Shown piece after piece: positions 1 through 10,635 of a DNA stretch of 64,000 nucleotides. The stretch lies in assembly GCA_964106915.2 (NCBI GenBank), contig OZ066919.1; one strand, written 5' to 3'. The notes under the pieces were generated by a model. It was not told the origin of the DNA. It was given only the letters and a program-made list of their open reading frames with translations, and did no database searches. A program made the position numbers and the translations under genes. The stretch is from Podarcis gaigeae (lineage: Eukaryota). Position 1 is the first letter of the stretch. Every line of letters begins with the position of its first letter.

Positions 1-141
1 TGCCCAGGTGAGTGGAAGAGCAACACAACTGGATCCAGCCTCCTCACTTCTTACCAAACATCTGATCAACTGTTAATGATTAAGTGAATTCCATCTAAAC
101 AGCTGCACAGAGAGCCAAAACACTGAGCTGTTAGTTTCACA

Positions 142-238
142 GCGCGCGCGCACACACACACAATTGTATAACAGAAAACAGAAAAAGATAATCGCCCGAT
201 CAAGTTTTATACACACACACACATACACACACACACAC
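142..238. repeat. (GC)n(CA)n and (CA)n microsatellites
   Basis: Alternating purine-pyrimidine runs at 142-162 and 211-238. Confidence 0.9.
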
Positions 239-279
239 AAGCTGCCAAATAATGCAGAGTAATATGCACGTTTCCATAG

Positions 280-450
280 GAATTGCAGCCATGCTTCTGA
301 ACTCCAACCCTGACCTGTCCATCTCCGAGTTGAGGCAGAAGCTGATCCACTTCTCCAGAAAAAACCTCATCAATGAGGCTTGGTTTCCAGAAGACCAGAG
401 GCTACTAACTCCAAACAGGGTAGCTGGGCTTCCCTCCAAACTGGTAGCAG
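280..450 (+). CDS. PCSK9: PCSK9 exon 8 (end of catalytic domain/hinge)
   Basis: ccatag|G AATT..GCAG|gtgagt; [57 protein letters not shown]. Confidence 0.95.
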
Positions 451-3178
451 GTGAGTGATCCTTATTCTCGTTGGCTTCATGCTTTAGTAGAAGAGCTTTG
501 ACAGGCCATGACAAGGGTCCATTTGACGTTCCCCTCCCCTCCCCCCGCCTTCCAAAATGCCACTTTTCCAGCTCAACTTTCGAGTGGTTCCCAAGCACCT
601 CCTTGTGATGGGTCTCGTGAATGTGTGTGTGTTCTCCAGTTGGCTGGACCAGGGAAAGAGCTGCACTCTGTGGGGCACTGCTAGGCACCTCTAATGGCCA
701 CGAGCCACTTCCTTTCAGATGAGCAGCTGTACTGTCGTTCCGTGTGGTCTTCCCTGTCGGGGTCAACCAGCAAGTCGATAGCTGCCGCCCGCTGCAACAG
801 CAACGAAGAAATGTTCAGCTGCTCAAGCTTATCGAAGAATGGCAAGCGGCGAGGCGAGCGCATGGAGGTGACGTTCTGTGGGGGGCCAGGCTACGTTTTG
901 GAGTTGCTGTTTTACATGCAGACACAAGCTTTTCAGTGGCTTATGGAAGCTTGCTGGCACTTCCCTGTGTCTCACTGCTGTGCTTTCCAAATTCCAGGAT
1001 TACGGAGGCAAGAAGGAGTGTGTGGCTCATAATCGGTTTGGGGGCCAAGGCGTCTATGCCATTGCCAGGTGCTGCATTTGGCCCAAAGCCGACTGCCAGG
1101 TTCATGCCCACTCGCAGACTGCAGAGGGCACGGCACTGCAGAGTGTCAGCTGCACCAAGGACGGCCATGTATTGACAGGTATGTGAAGACAGCTATGATG
1201 GATGCAATCCATATTGTCGTGCCAAAGCATCTTTCCCACGTGGGTTCTGTGTTGCCAAGGAAGGTTCTGTGCAGGGAAGAGGACTCCCTTACTGGACCCA
1301 GACTTATGTGGCCAATAATGTGTTGTGGCACACTTGCAGATCTTATAGTTTGATGCAGTGTGGGTTGGGATGGGCTTTCCCACCTGCCATCTTGGGACCA
1401 CTGTGCGACATTTGCAAGCAACTCTTTGTGAGCTTGCATAGTTTGCACAATTAATAACTACCGGTAATGAAAATTGAACAGTTTATAAGTACAGTTTTAT
1501 AAGTACCTTGTATCCTAAATGCCTTGGTACTTGGACATTTTGGCTCCCGAATGCTGCAAACCTGGCCAGTTTGCGAACCTTCTTCGGAACCGGAACGTCC
1601 GACGGGGCTTCTGATTGGCTGCAGGAGTTTCCTGCAGCTAATCAGAAGCACCACTGAGGTTTCCGAACGTTTTGGAAGTTGAACGGACTTCCGGAATGGA
1701 TTCCATTCGACTTCCAAGGTACAACTGTATTTGCACTTGGGGAATTCTTCAAAGCTGGATAGAATTTATTTACCTTTCTCTAAACTCACAAAAGCAGAGT
1801 TTATTATTTTTTTTAAAGCAGCGGGAAAGTCAAGTACTGGTCAAGGATCCTTAAAACAGCATGTAAACCTATTGCATGGTCATGGCAACATCCGCACACA
1901 TTGCTTATGCATGCACAATGCCCATGAGCAGTACAGTGCATGCACACTCAAGTGGGCAAAACAGCTTGTGGAAACAGGCCTTTCAGTAGGTCTGAACAGA
2001 CAAGGCTGTATCCCACACTACTGCTTGGTCTTTTCAAGGACAGCAAATTGGGTGATTTGGGTTTCTATTTGGGTTCTTGCAAACGACAACATGTGGTAGG
2101 ATGATGATGTGAATTGGAGTGGGTGGGGACAGACAAGCAGAATGTGATGCTGATGCAGAAACCTCTTCCATACCCCAGCTAATTTCTGACCTGCAATATA
2201 AACCAAAGCAAGCAGAACAAACAAAAATGGAGATTCCCAATGTGAACATTCCAAATCAACTTGTACCCATGATTGCATTCATCTACACACACCCGTGTCA
2301 CTGAGCATATACCCTAATATGATCTAAACTGGCAGGTTGCAGCTCTCATTCTCTGGCTGGAGATTTCAGTGACAGCATCAGACCTGAACTGGGGACAGAA
2401 AGCCATCGTGACCAGTGTGTTGGCCAGGCAGGTGCAACCGTGCATGCTTCCTGCTGCCATGCGCCCAGCCTAGAGTGCAAGGTGCAGGAATACTCTTCTC
2501 TGGAGTACACAGCAAAGGTATGTGGGTGTCGTTCCTTTAGGGCATGAGTCACCAACCATTGTGGGTCCATGGGCTCATTTGCAACCTGGAGAAGCATGCA
2601 CCCCACAACTTACTCTGCTAGCAATGACAGACAGCTTCTTTTCAAGCCTAACTTCAACCTCTGGCAGAGTTTAATCACTTTTGGGCCTCAAGTGGAGGCC
2701 ACTTGCCATATGATTACTGGAATTTGCTCCATGCCCAAGCTGACTAAGAGACCACGAGACCCTTCTGCACAATGATCTTGTGGTCTTTTAGCTGCAAGTC
2801 CATTTCTTTGGGCAGGGATACTTGAACCAGGCGCAGTGGCAGCAGGGTTGTGGGATTCTCTGTATAAGAGGCTGCAAGGGAGAATGAATAGACCTATTTG
2901 GGGATGCCACCTTTTGGGCTGCCTGTTCTAGAGGTTTTCATCTTTGTCGGTGTTGACTAACCTTGCCTTCTCCATCACAGGTGATGGTGACTTGCGATGA
3001 TGGCTGGACTTTGACAGGATGCAGTGCCCAGTCCCATGGCCCCAACACACTTGGGGCGTATTCTGTGGACAACACGTGCGTCGTCCTGAGCAGCCCAAGG
3101 GGCAAAGGAGCAGCAGCTCTGGCCATCTGTTGCAGAAAGAGACTCTTGGAAGATAAGCATGGTTCCAATTATAAGTGA
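280..3178 (+). CDS. PCSK9: Proprotein convertase subtilisin/kexin type 9, 3' part (exons 8-12: 280-450, 719-867, 998-1178, 2336-2517, 2981-3178); 5' part lies outside the window
   Basis: Spliced translation [101 protein letters not shown]; GT-AG sites with consistent phases; 18 CHRD cysteines; adjacent to USP24 as in other vertebrates. Confidence 0.97.
719..867 (+). CDS. PCSK9: PCSK9 exon 9 (CHRD module M1)
   Basis: tttcag|AT..GAG|gtgacg; [49 protein letters not shown]; 149 nt. Confidence 0.95.
998..1178 (+). CDS. PCSK9: PCSK9 exon 10 (M1/M2)
   Basis: ttccag|GAT..ACAG|gtatgt; [60 protein letters not shown]. Confidence 0.95.
1490..1729. mobile_element. Tc1/mariner (Tigger-like) MITE in PCSK9 intron 10
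   Basis: Ends CCAAGGTACAACTGTA; internal palindrome GCTTCTGATTGGCTGCAGGA..TCCTGCAGCTAATCAGAAGC; inverted homologue at 28161-28414. Confidence 0.75.
2336..2517 (+). CDS. PCSK9: PCSK9 exon 11 (M2/M3)
   Basis: ggcag|GT..AAG|gtatgt; [61 protein letters not shown]; not in the ORF track, translated manually. Confidence 0.94.
2981..3178 (+). CDS. PCSK9: PCSK9 exon 12 coding part (M3, stop TGA)
   Basis: tcacag|GTG; [65 protein letters not shown]. Confidence 0.95.
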   Translation: MMVTCDDGWTLTGCSAQSHGPNTLGAYSVDNTCVVLSSPRGKGAAALAICCRKRLLEDKHGSNYK

Positions 3179-4342
3179 CAGACCTGTTCCCACCCCACCC
3201 TTTACTAGCTATCCCTGGAACTACTGTGTTAAGACCACACCCCCATAACATCACCCTAGTGAAGAAGATATTCTTCCAGGTGGGACTCTAGAAAGCATTT
3301 GGGGTGACCTTAGTAGAATGCTCCGAGTTTACCAGTTTGCCAATAGTACCAACCATCTTCACTATGGGGAGATGGTTCTAGTGGTGCCCTCTCAGTAATA
3401 CCAATTGAGATGCATCCACAGAATGATGTTGACAGTAGGTTAGTCAATACTTCCCCTATCTGCCTTTTATATGTATGGCCAGCCACTTCCAGCCCTTTAG
3501 GAGGTGTGACAGCATCGGCTCCTTCCAAGTTTCTTCTTGTCCCAAAACTGCAGGGTAGCCAGCCATACTCCTTATTGATGTGGTTTCCTGAAAACAGCAT
3601 GGATTGGGCAGTGCTCTGGGCTCAAAGTGACATTAATGCACATACATGCATTCACTTAATGTGTTTGACTTCTATGATTTTTGAAGAACTGTTCAGTGTT
3701 TCTTCAAAAGCTGGGGATAAAGAAGAAGAATGGGAGCTTTGGAGAGGACAGGAGGTTTTTGTGGGACCTCAACCCCTTCATGGTGTCTGAGGTGTAACCA
3801 GCAACTCCCCTTTTGCAGTAACTAGCAGCTTTTGAACTAAATGTTGAGTATCCCCCTTAAGACATTTAATCTGGTAGCTGAAGCAGGATTTTGGATGGAT
3901 ATAATCAACTAAGCAACTGCATGAGAGCTTATGCAGTGGGACTGCCCCTCCTCCATATGTGCCCTGTGGTGCCCCCAAATCTACTGCAGAGGGCTGAGGG
4001 AACTCTCAGAAGAGATATAGGGTGTGGGGCAGGGGGGAAGAAGGCCCCATTATGCAAACGGAAGCTGTTCCACTCGCGCAATAAGTTTCCTACAACTCCA
4101 TGTCGTGCATTGTATGCTCAGCTTCTCCCCCTCAAAGGGGTCATTCCTTGTTTTAAAAAACCATTTACTATGTTAAGTAGCATTGTACCTATCAGGCCAG
4201 TCTTGTTTTGTAAACGTTTTGTTTTCACCTTCTCTCCCCAGCAAACATGGTTAACAAGGTTACTTGTCCAAGACAGAGTAGGAAAATAAGGTTAGTCCAG
4301 AAGACCCTCTCCTGGGATCCTTAAGCCATAACCTTTTACAGG

Positions 4343-4457
4343 AGGGAAGGGGAGCCTGTGGTCCTCCAGTTGTTGCTGGACCTACAACTCCCATCTTTCC
4401 TGACCACTGGCCATGCAACTGGGGAGTCTTGGGAGGTCCACAGGTCCCCCACCCCTG
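4343..4457. mobile_element. hAT-type hairpin MITE in the PCSK9 3' UTR
   Basis: Inverted arms 4343-4367 / 4432-4456 (20/25 match); CTACAACTCCCATC core shared with 56814-56948. Confidence 0.7.
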
Positions 4458-5484
4458 CCTAAGCACAGAGAAAAAGTTCCAGTGCCTAAAAATTCTCTCC
4501 TGTGTCAAGGCTGAGGGATCTCAGTATCTTGCTGTGGTTTAGCAAAGATTGTGGGAGTCGTCATGCCCATGGAGGGGCAGCATTCAGCTCATACAAACAC
4601 ACCCTTGCATTCCTTCAATATTTCAAGTTCTAAAGTGCCTTACAGACCTCATTTGCAATAATTAACAGAGAGCCTTGCAAATTTAAAACCCTCCTCCCTG
4701 AAAACAGGGAGTGGTCAGGATGACTTCTGATGCTGCCTTCTAACCTAGAAATGCCCCACCTACAAGGGCTGTTTACTGTGATCCCACGTTAAGGCGGCCA
4801 TATTTAATTGGCCACTGTTGCCCCTACCTGTAATTGCGGAAGGCACTGCAAAAGTCATCAGCCGAGGTAGAGGGAACAGTTCAGATTTCATTGTTGGCCT
4901 CCAAGAATACCACTGAGTTGTTGAAGAACATTTCTTTAGATAAAAGTACCCAAAGCACTTAAGATTCAGGAGACCATGAACTATTATTGGCCATAAACCA
5001 CACATGAGATACTGTGAAGTCAAGCACACTGTCAGCAATTTAGGCCAAATAGTTTGGTTTACTGATAAAGCACTTGGTATCTACAATTTTAATTTTTGTT
5101 TTAAGCAGGCACAAGTCCTTCCCTCCTTTGGGTTTTTAGTCAAGTTTCCCAACTGCTTACATAATCAAAACTTTATCTGTTGATGTATGTTGAAATAGTA
5201 TGTTAAAAATACTCTGACAGACCAATCCTTCCCTGTTTTCTCAGAAGTGAGGCTTACTTTCCAGGTAAGTCTGCATAGGGCTGCAGTCTAAACAGCTTTT
5301 TCATGAGTAATGTAGACAGCATGTTATACTTTGTGTTTTTGAACTAACACACATATTAACTACTGTAACTGATAGGTGCTTAATATAAAGAAAAGCTTTC
5401 CTCGTGCTGTGGGTTTTACATTTTTATCTGGAAACTATTTATTCTGTTTTATATAAAACATTTTATAATGCCATCTTTTTTTGG

Positions 5485-5490
5485 AATAAA
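5485..5490 (+). terminator. Candidate PCSK9 polyadenylation signal AATAAA
   Basis: First canonical AATAAA I found downstream of the PCSK9 stop; T-rich upstream and downstream context. Confidence 0.55.
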
Positions 5491-5853
5491 GTTTCATATG
5501 AATTTTCTTGGGAACGCATAACTGTGTAGCCTCCGCTTAAGCAGAATATTAACTACAGGTAACACAACTTATGCACATTTAACTTGTGTGCATTCAGCGT
5601 GGCTTTAAAAAAAAACCAAAAACAAAAACCTGGCAGTCCTGCCAACCATTTGCACCCAATGTGTTTTGACTAGATGCATTCTTTTTGTTAGACAGCTACC
5701 TGACATGACAAAGGTACAGATTTCTGCTAGTCTTCAGTGGAAATCTGAAGTATAGGGCAATTTCCTGAGTAAAAAGCCAGCAAAATGACATCTGACCTCT
5801 TTTCACAACCTAATGATCAGACTGGTCCTTTTTTGTGTGTGAGAGGAATAAAC

Positions 5854-5859
5854 TTTATT
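5854..5859 (-). terminator. Candidate USP24 distal polyadenylation signal (AATAAA on - strand), paired with a + strand AATAAA at 5847-5852
   Basis: GGAATAAA-C-TTTATTCC at 5845-5861, about 2.3 kb past the USP24 stop, at the end of a repeat-free AU-rich UTR-like stretch. Confidence 0.6.
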
Positions 5860-7454
5860 CCATTGACCAGGACTCCCCCCCATGAGAACTGCCTTTTCTT
5901 TTCCAGTACCAAGTGCCTTAGGAATTAGTTGGACAAATCCACACACAGCTAAGAGTGCACAGTTGAATCGCAGCTGCCACCCCACCCCATAGAACATTCC
6001 ATTAAACATATATCATATCCATTTTTCATCCAAAAAGACTGGCAGTAAAAGTGATCACAACATAGAAACATGTCACAATTTACACAGCAAACTAGATTTG
6101 TTGCATTTGGTTTTTTTAAAAAAATATTCTTCAGCAGATTCAAGTGATAGCAGCCAGAAATCAATAATCAACCAATTGTTGTAGTTGAAAACGGTAACCA
6201 TCAACTCTGTACAAGCAGAAAGAGGACCAGAAAACAGCCTGCAATAATGTTATAATGTATGGTGGTAAAACAGAACATTCCTGGGGTTGAACGTTCTGTT
6301 TCAGTCTGAAAAGAGACCATCTTTTCCATAGGAAATGATGGAAGCGCCAATGCCTTTGGACAAACAGGAGTGATACTTTTTAATATCACCTCTGTTAGCA
6401 CTCGCTTCTGGTTCAACTTAAAAGTGAAGATAGGTGCTGCATTAAAAATGGGGTGGGACATCAAAATTTATTCAAAATTTTAAAACACCACATTTAAAAT
6501 TTTGGAGGCTTTTGATAAAATATCTGAATTCTGCCACATTTCAAAGAAGACACGTGTCTTGAGAGAAGCAAATTCAACTGAAATGTCATTGTTTTGCACA
6601 TGCAGTGTTACCAACACGATTCTTTTGACTCAAAACACATGGCAGAGAATTCCAGCTGGAAGATGTATAGCTGTTTCCTTCAGCAGTGAAGTGACCTGTA
6701 ATATTCACAACCAGTGCACAACTTGAAGAAAGCTATTGTGTCAGATCAGGTTTTGCAATAGTACATCAAAGTGAAAAGAAAAAAGAGGCACTTTTTGGCT
6801 GTTTGTGCCTTTGACTTGGCAAACCTTTCTACAGTGGAGGTAACCCAGGCACTCTACAACTTCCCCTCAATTCATGTGCATGGTGCATTTCATTTAAATT
6901 AAGGCAAAATCCTCAAACAAAGACAAAAGCAGTGCAGAAAAAAATGTGAAAAAATGAAAAATTGGCACAGAAGAAGCTAGTACCCAGAGCTGCTAAAGAC
7001 ATCACTTAACTGCATTTCACATGGGAAAACTAAATTGTACCCATGTAGCTCAATTGGTTTCCAGTTATTAAGGAACAAATGAACCTGTTGTATTTTCAAT
7101 GCTGCCTGGCCAAGCAAAACAAAGCCTACAATCTTTGCCTGTGTTATTGTTTTTTTTTTTTAAAAAAAAAAGATTCATATGTCCCCATGTCACTCAAGGA
7201 ATCATATACAGCCAATTCCAACTCTCAAATTCAAAAGCATAAGCAAATGATTGCAGATCACATCATTAAGACTACAATTTATTCAATATGTCTCCAAGTG
7301 TTAGAATGATGATTTAAGGAGGCAAAACAGCAATAAAATTCTGTCTTAAAGTGCTTTTTTTGTTTTTTTGTTAAACTTACTCATCAACATTTTTTTTTAA
7401 AAGATCCATTGATGCCACAATACATAAATGTATTCTTGGAATAAACAAAGCTAC

Positions 7455-7460
7455 TTTATT
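7455..7460 (-). terminator. Candidate USP24 proximal polyadenylation signal
   Basis: TTTATT on + (AATAAA on -) about 700 nt past the stop. Confidence 0.35.
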
Positions 7461-8159
7461 GCTCTTATCCATTTACTTTTAGCATCAGGAAAAAAAGTTA
7501 CCAATTTCAGACTTCCTTGTACCAAAACCATTCCATAAGGAATAACCATCCTTACACAAAAGGGCTGCAAACCCTTTCTGCAAAGCGCTATACAAATGAC
7601 CTAGGAGACATATTAAATACAAAGGTCCTTGTGTAAACTGATTCTTAACTAATAATTTACAATGCCAAGTGTAAGTCACACATTTTTACATAATTTTGAA
7701 TATCACTATTCAATATTTTCAGAAAGATTAAAAATTTGCCCTCCATACCTAAAGGCAGTCAGATTTTTTTCTTCTTCTGTATAAAAACTGAAAGTTTTTT
7801 TTTTGCAGCATCACAGAAAAGCAAGTTTTTTTTTACATTCACTCATTAAAGGTTCACATAATAAAAATTTCAACCACTTGATATTTTTCCTTAAATTGGT
7901 AAAATCTTGTGACAGATTTTTAAACTCATGCTTGGACCAGCATCCCACAAGAACCACAAAGGATGCTGGGACTTCCCCCACAGCCTGATGCTTAAGCTTC
8001 TCAGTTGGAGAATCTCTCTTTAGGAAGAAGCATGGCCACTTTTTCTTAGAAAGCTTCACTTCTAAAAGATGAAAGCGGTGGGATTTTAACAATATCAAGA
8101 AAGATGCCAGGGGTTCAATGCTTCCGTTGAACGCTTGTTCTTCAGCTTGCAGCTAACCA

Positions 8160-8222
8160 CTAAGGATCCACATCATCAAGGTCACTTTTAGGTTCACCAA
8201 TCATCATTGGGGACACTGTGCC
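8160..8222 (-). CDS. USP24: USP24 exon 68 (terminal, stop TAG)
   Basis: [20 protein letters not shown]. Confidence 0.93.
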   Translation of the reverse strand, partial: GTVSPMMIGEPKSDLDDVDP

Positions 8223-10585
8223 CTTTCAAAAACACAAAAGAGTTAGGAAAGCATATGTACTCTTCCAAGTATCACATAATGCAGGGGTCCCTAGCCTTCT
8301 GGGGTTTGAAAGCACATTTGGAAATCTGAAGCAGGCAACACAATACACCCATTTCACAGAAGGAATAGGCAGTGCCGAGACCACCCTCACCCAAATAAAA
8401 CAGATACAGATAAAAGCAGGCAACCTCCTCACCAAAACAAGCAAAACGCCCTCCAACCAACAAAAAACACGCAAACTACCTCCCTCAAAACAAGCAAACA
8501 GGCAACCTTCACGAAACCAAAACAAGCAACTGAACAAAAAAGTGGGTGGGCAAGAAGCATTCTGGTGAAAAGGAGACAAGATGAAGGTGTGACTAGATGC
8601 ATGCCCTTTTATTTCTACCCATGGAAAGTGTGTGTGTGGGGGGAGCCAAATGCTCTTTAAAGAGTATTGGGAGGGGCAGTGGGTCTTAGCAGGTGCCAAG
8701 TGAAGTGTTTCAAGATGCTATGGAGATCATGGGCAGTACCTCGCAGACCCCAGGCACTGTGAACTATCACCGCATAGCTGGCAATTTAGAACTACTCAGC
8801 AATTATTTTGCTGATCTGAATGGCACAAGCGTAACCAGGAAGGCGCACTATGGTAAATGTATGCCAAACCACATTAAGCCTCCAAGATGCTGCTGGTAGA
8901 GCTAATTCTTGCCTGAGTTCTTTAAAGTCTGAGGGAGTGAATTTCATCTAAGAAAGTAATGCGCTTAAGAACTCCACTATATTGCTTAGAAACTGATGCA
9001 TCTTAAACCAGGCTAGTATCAAACCTATCTTGGCTATATTGTGAAACTGTTCTGTGCCTGTTACCCTACGTATTTCAGTATTCTGATGCTTTGTGCTTAT
9101 CACTCTTTGGTGCTAGACTAGCCGGAAGTCAAATCAAGCTGGGCAATAAGGCCTTTAAAAGAAAGAACATTGCACATGGTTCTTGAGGAAGACAGGTGGT
9201 AAGGTCCTACCCAGCTTACAAAAGTTTACATTTCAGTTTTTGACAGAAGAATGCACAAGCTCAATTCATTTGCACTGGGTGGGGTTTAAAACTAGTTGAA
9301 ACCATGTGGGGAGCTACTTGCACGAATGACTTTCTATATGAAGCCATCTCTGCGAAACTCTCAAGTCAAGCAAGCACTCTCACAGCTTCTTGAATGCATG
9401 AATGGGAATTATGGTTGTCTATAGAAAACAACCCGTATTATAAAACAGGTGAGCTTCTGGGGTGGAATTCAAGGTGGTAGGAGCCCTCGAAAGTTTTCAG
9501 CATCAGGTTATGCAAAGCAAGAACGGTGAACGGAAATCAAACCATTTCCTAAGTATTAGTCACTCGGCTTTGAAGAGGCAATGCCAATTAGGAAGCCGAC
9601 AGCAGCAAGCATGCAGGTAACGGACTCAGAACCACCTTGTCCTTTACCTGTGGTAGATGTCTGCCACCATTCTCATTGGCTGGGCTGCTCTCGGATCCGT
9701 TACTGCTTCCTGATTGATCCTTCTCATTCAGCAAGGCTGTGGCATATGCCAGCGTGTCCTAAAGGAAATCCACAAGACTTAAGAGCCAAATAAATACTTT
9801 TTACACAATGTTGCTGGTCACCAGGAATAAGAAATGCAGTACCTGCAAACAGGCATAAATTGACACTGGTTCAAATATGGCAAACTGGTTTTTGTTTTTT
9901 TAAAAAAGAGCATGGTAGTGATACCATATCAGAGACTTAACAAAAATCCCTTGCTATACTGCAGGGCAGGGGCTCCTTTTTCTTAGCCCATGGGCCATAT
10001 TCCCTTCTGCGCAACCTTGGAAGACCACATGGTAGTGGAGGACGGAGCCAGAAGCAAAAGGGGAGGAGCAACAAACACAGCTTTCACCTTTGCATAGTCG
10101 GCTAGTTCACACACAGTCTTCATCTTCTGTTCAGGGACACTAACGGGCCAAAGCACTCCAAATGCAAAAGCAGAACAAATGAGGAGCGTGGCCTGGGGAG
10201 AGCGCCGAGGGGGAGATGCAGAGAGAGCAGGAGAGTTGGATTTGGCTCCCGGGCTCCAAGGTCCCCCAGCCCTGCCGTATGAGGTTTATTTTTTAAAAGA
10301 GCAAACTGGAAAGTTATGGCACTTCAGCCCTGTTTCACTGTTTAAAGCAATGGGAAACTTGAAATTATTTAAAAATCAGCCATGCTAATGAATTTCAAGC
10401 CTATGAAGATTGGCAGTGTATGCATACACGCATGTAGCTTGCAGCATTTGTGCACCAAGTATGCTGTGCACAAATAAATAAAACTTGGCAATCATCGGCC
10501 AATATTACATAGTAATTAGACGGGAGAGTTCTGCACACGACAGCAAAAATGCTAGACAGCATTACCATTTTCATTATATTTGTAT

Positions 10586-10635
<50 letters not shown>

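Noticed and set aside
200-1448. Long ORFs 200-766(-), 744-1175(+), 1102-1401(-), 1146-1448(-)
   Set aside because: Antisense or off-frame shadows of GC-rich PCSK9 exons and microsatellites; no recognisable domains
8218-8699. 116-aa and 157-aa ORFs in the last USP24 intron
   Set aside because: Produced by a strand-skewed low-complexity TE interior that lacks stop codons
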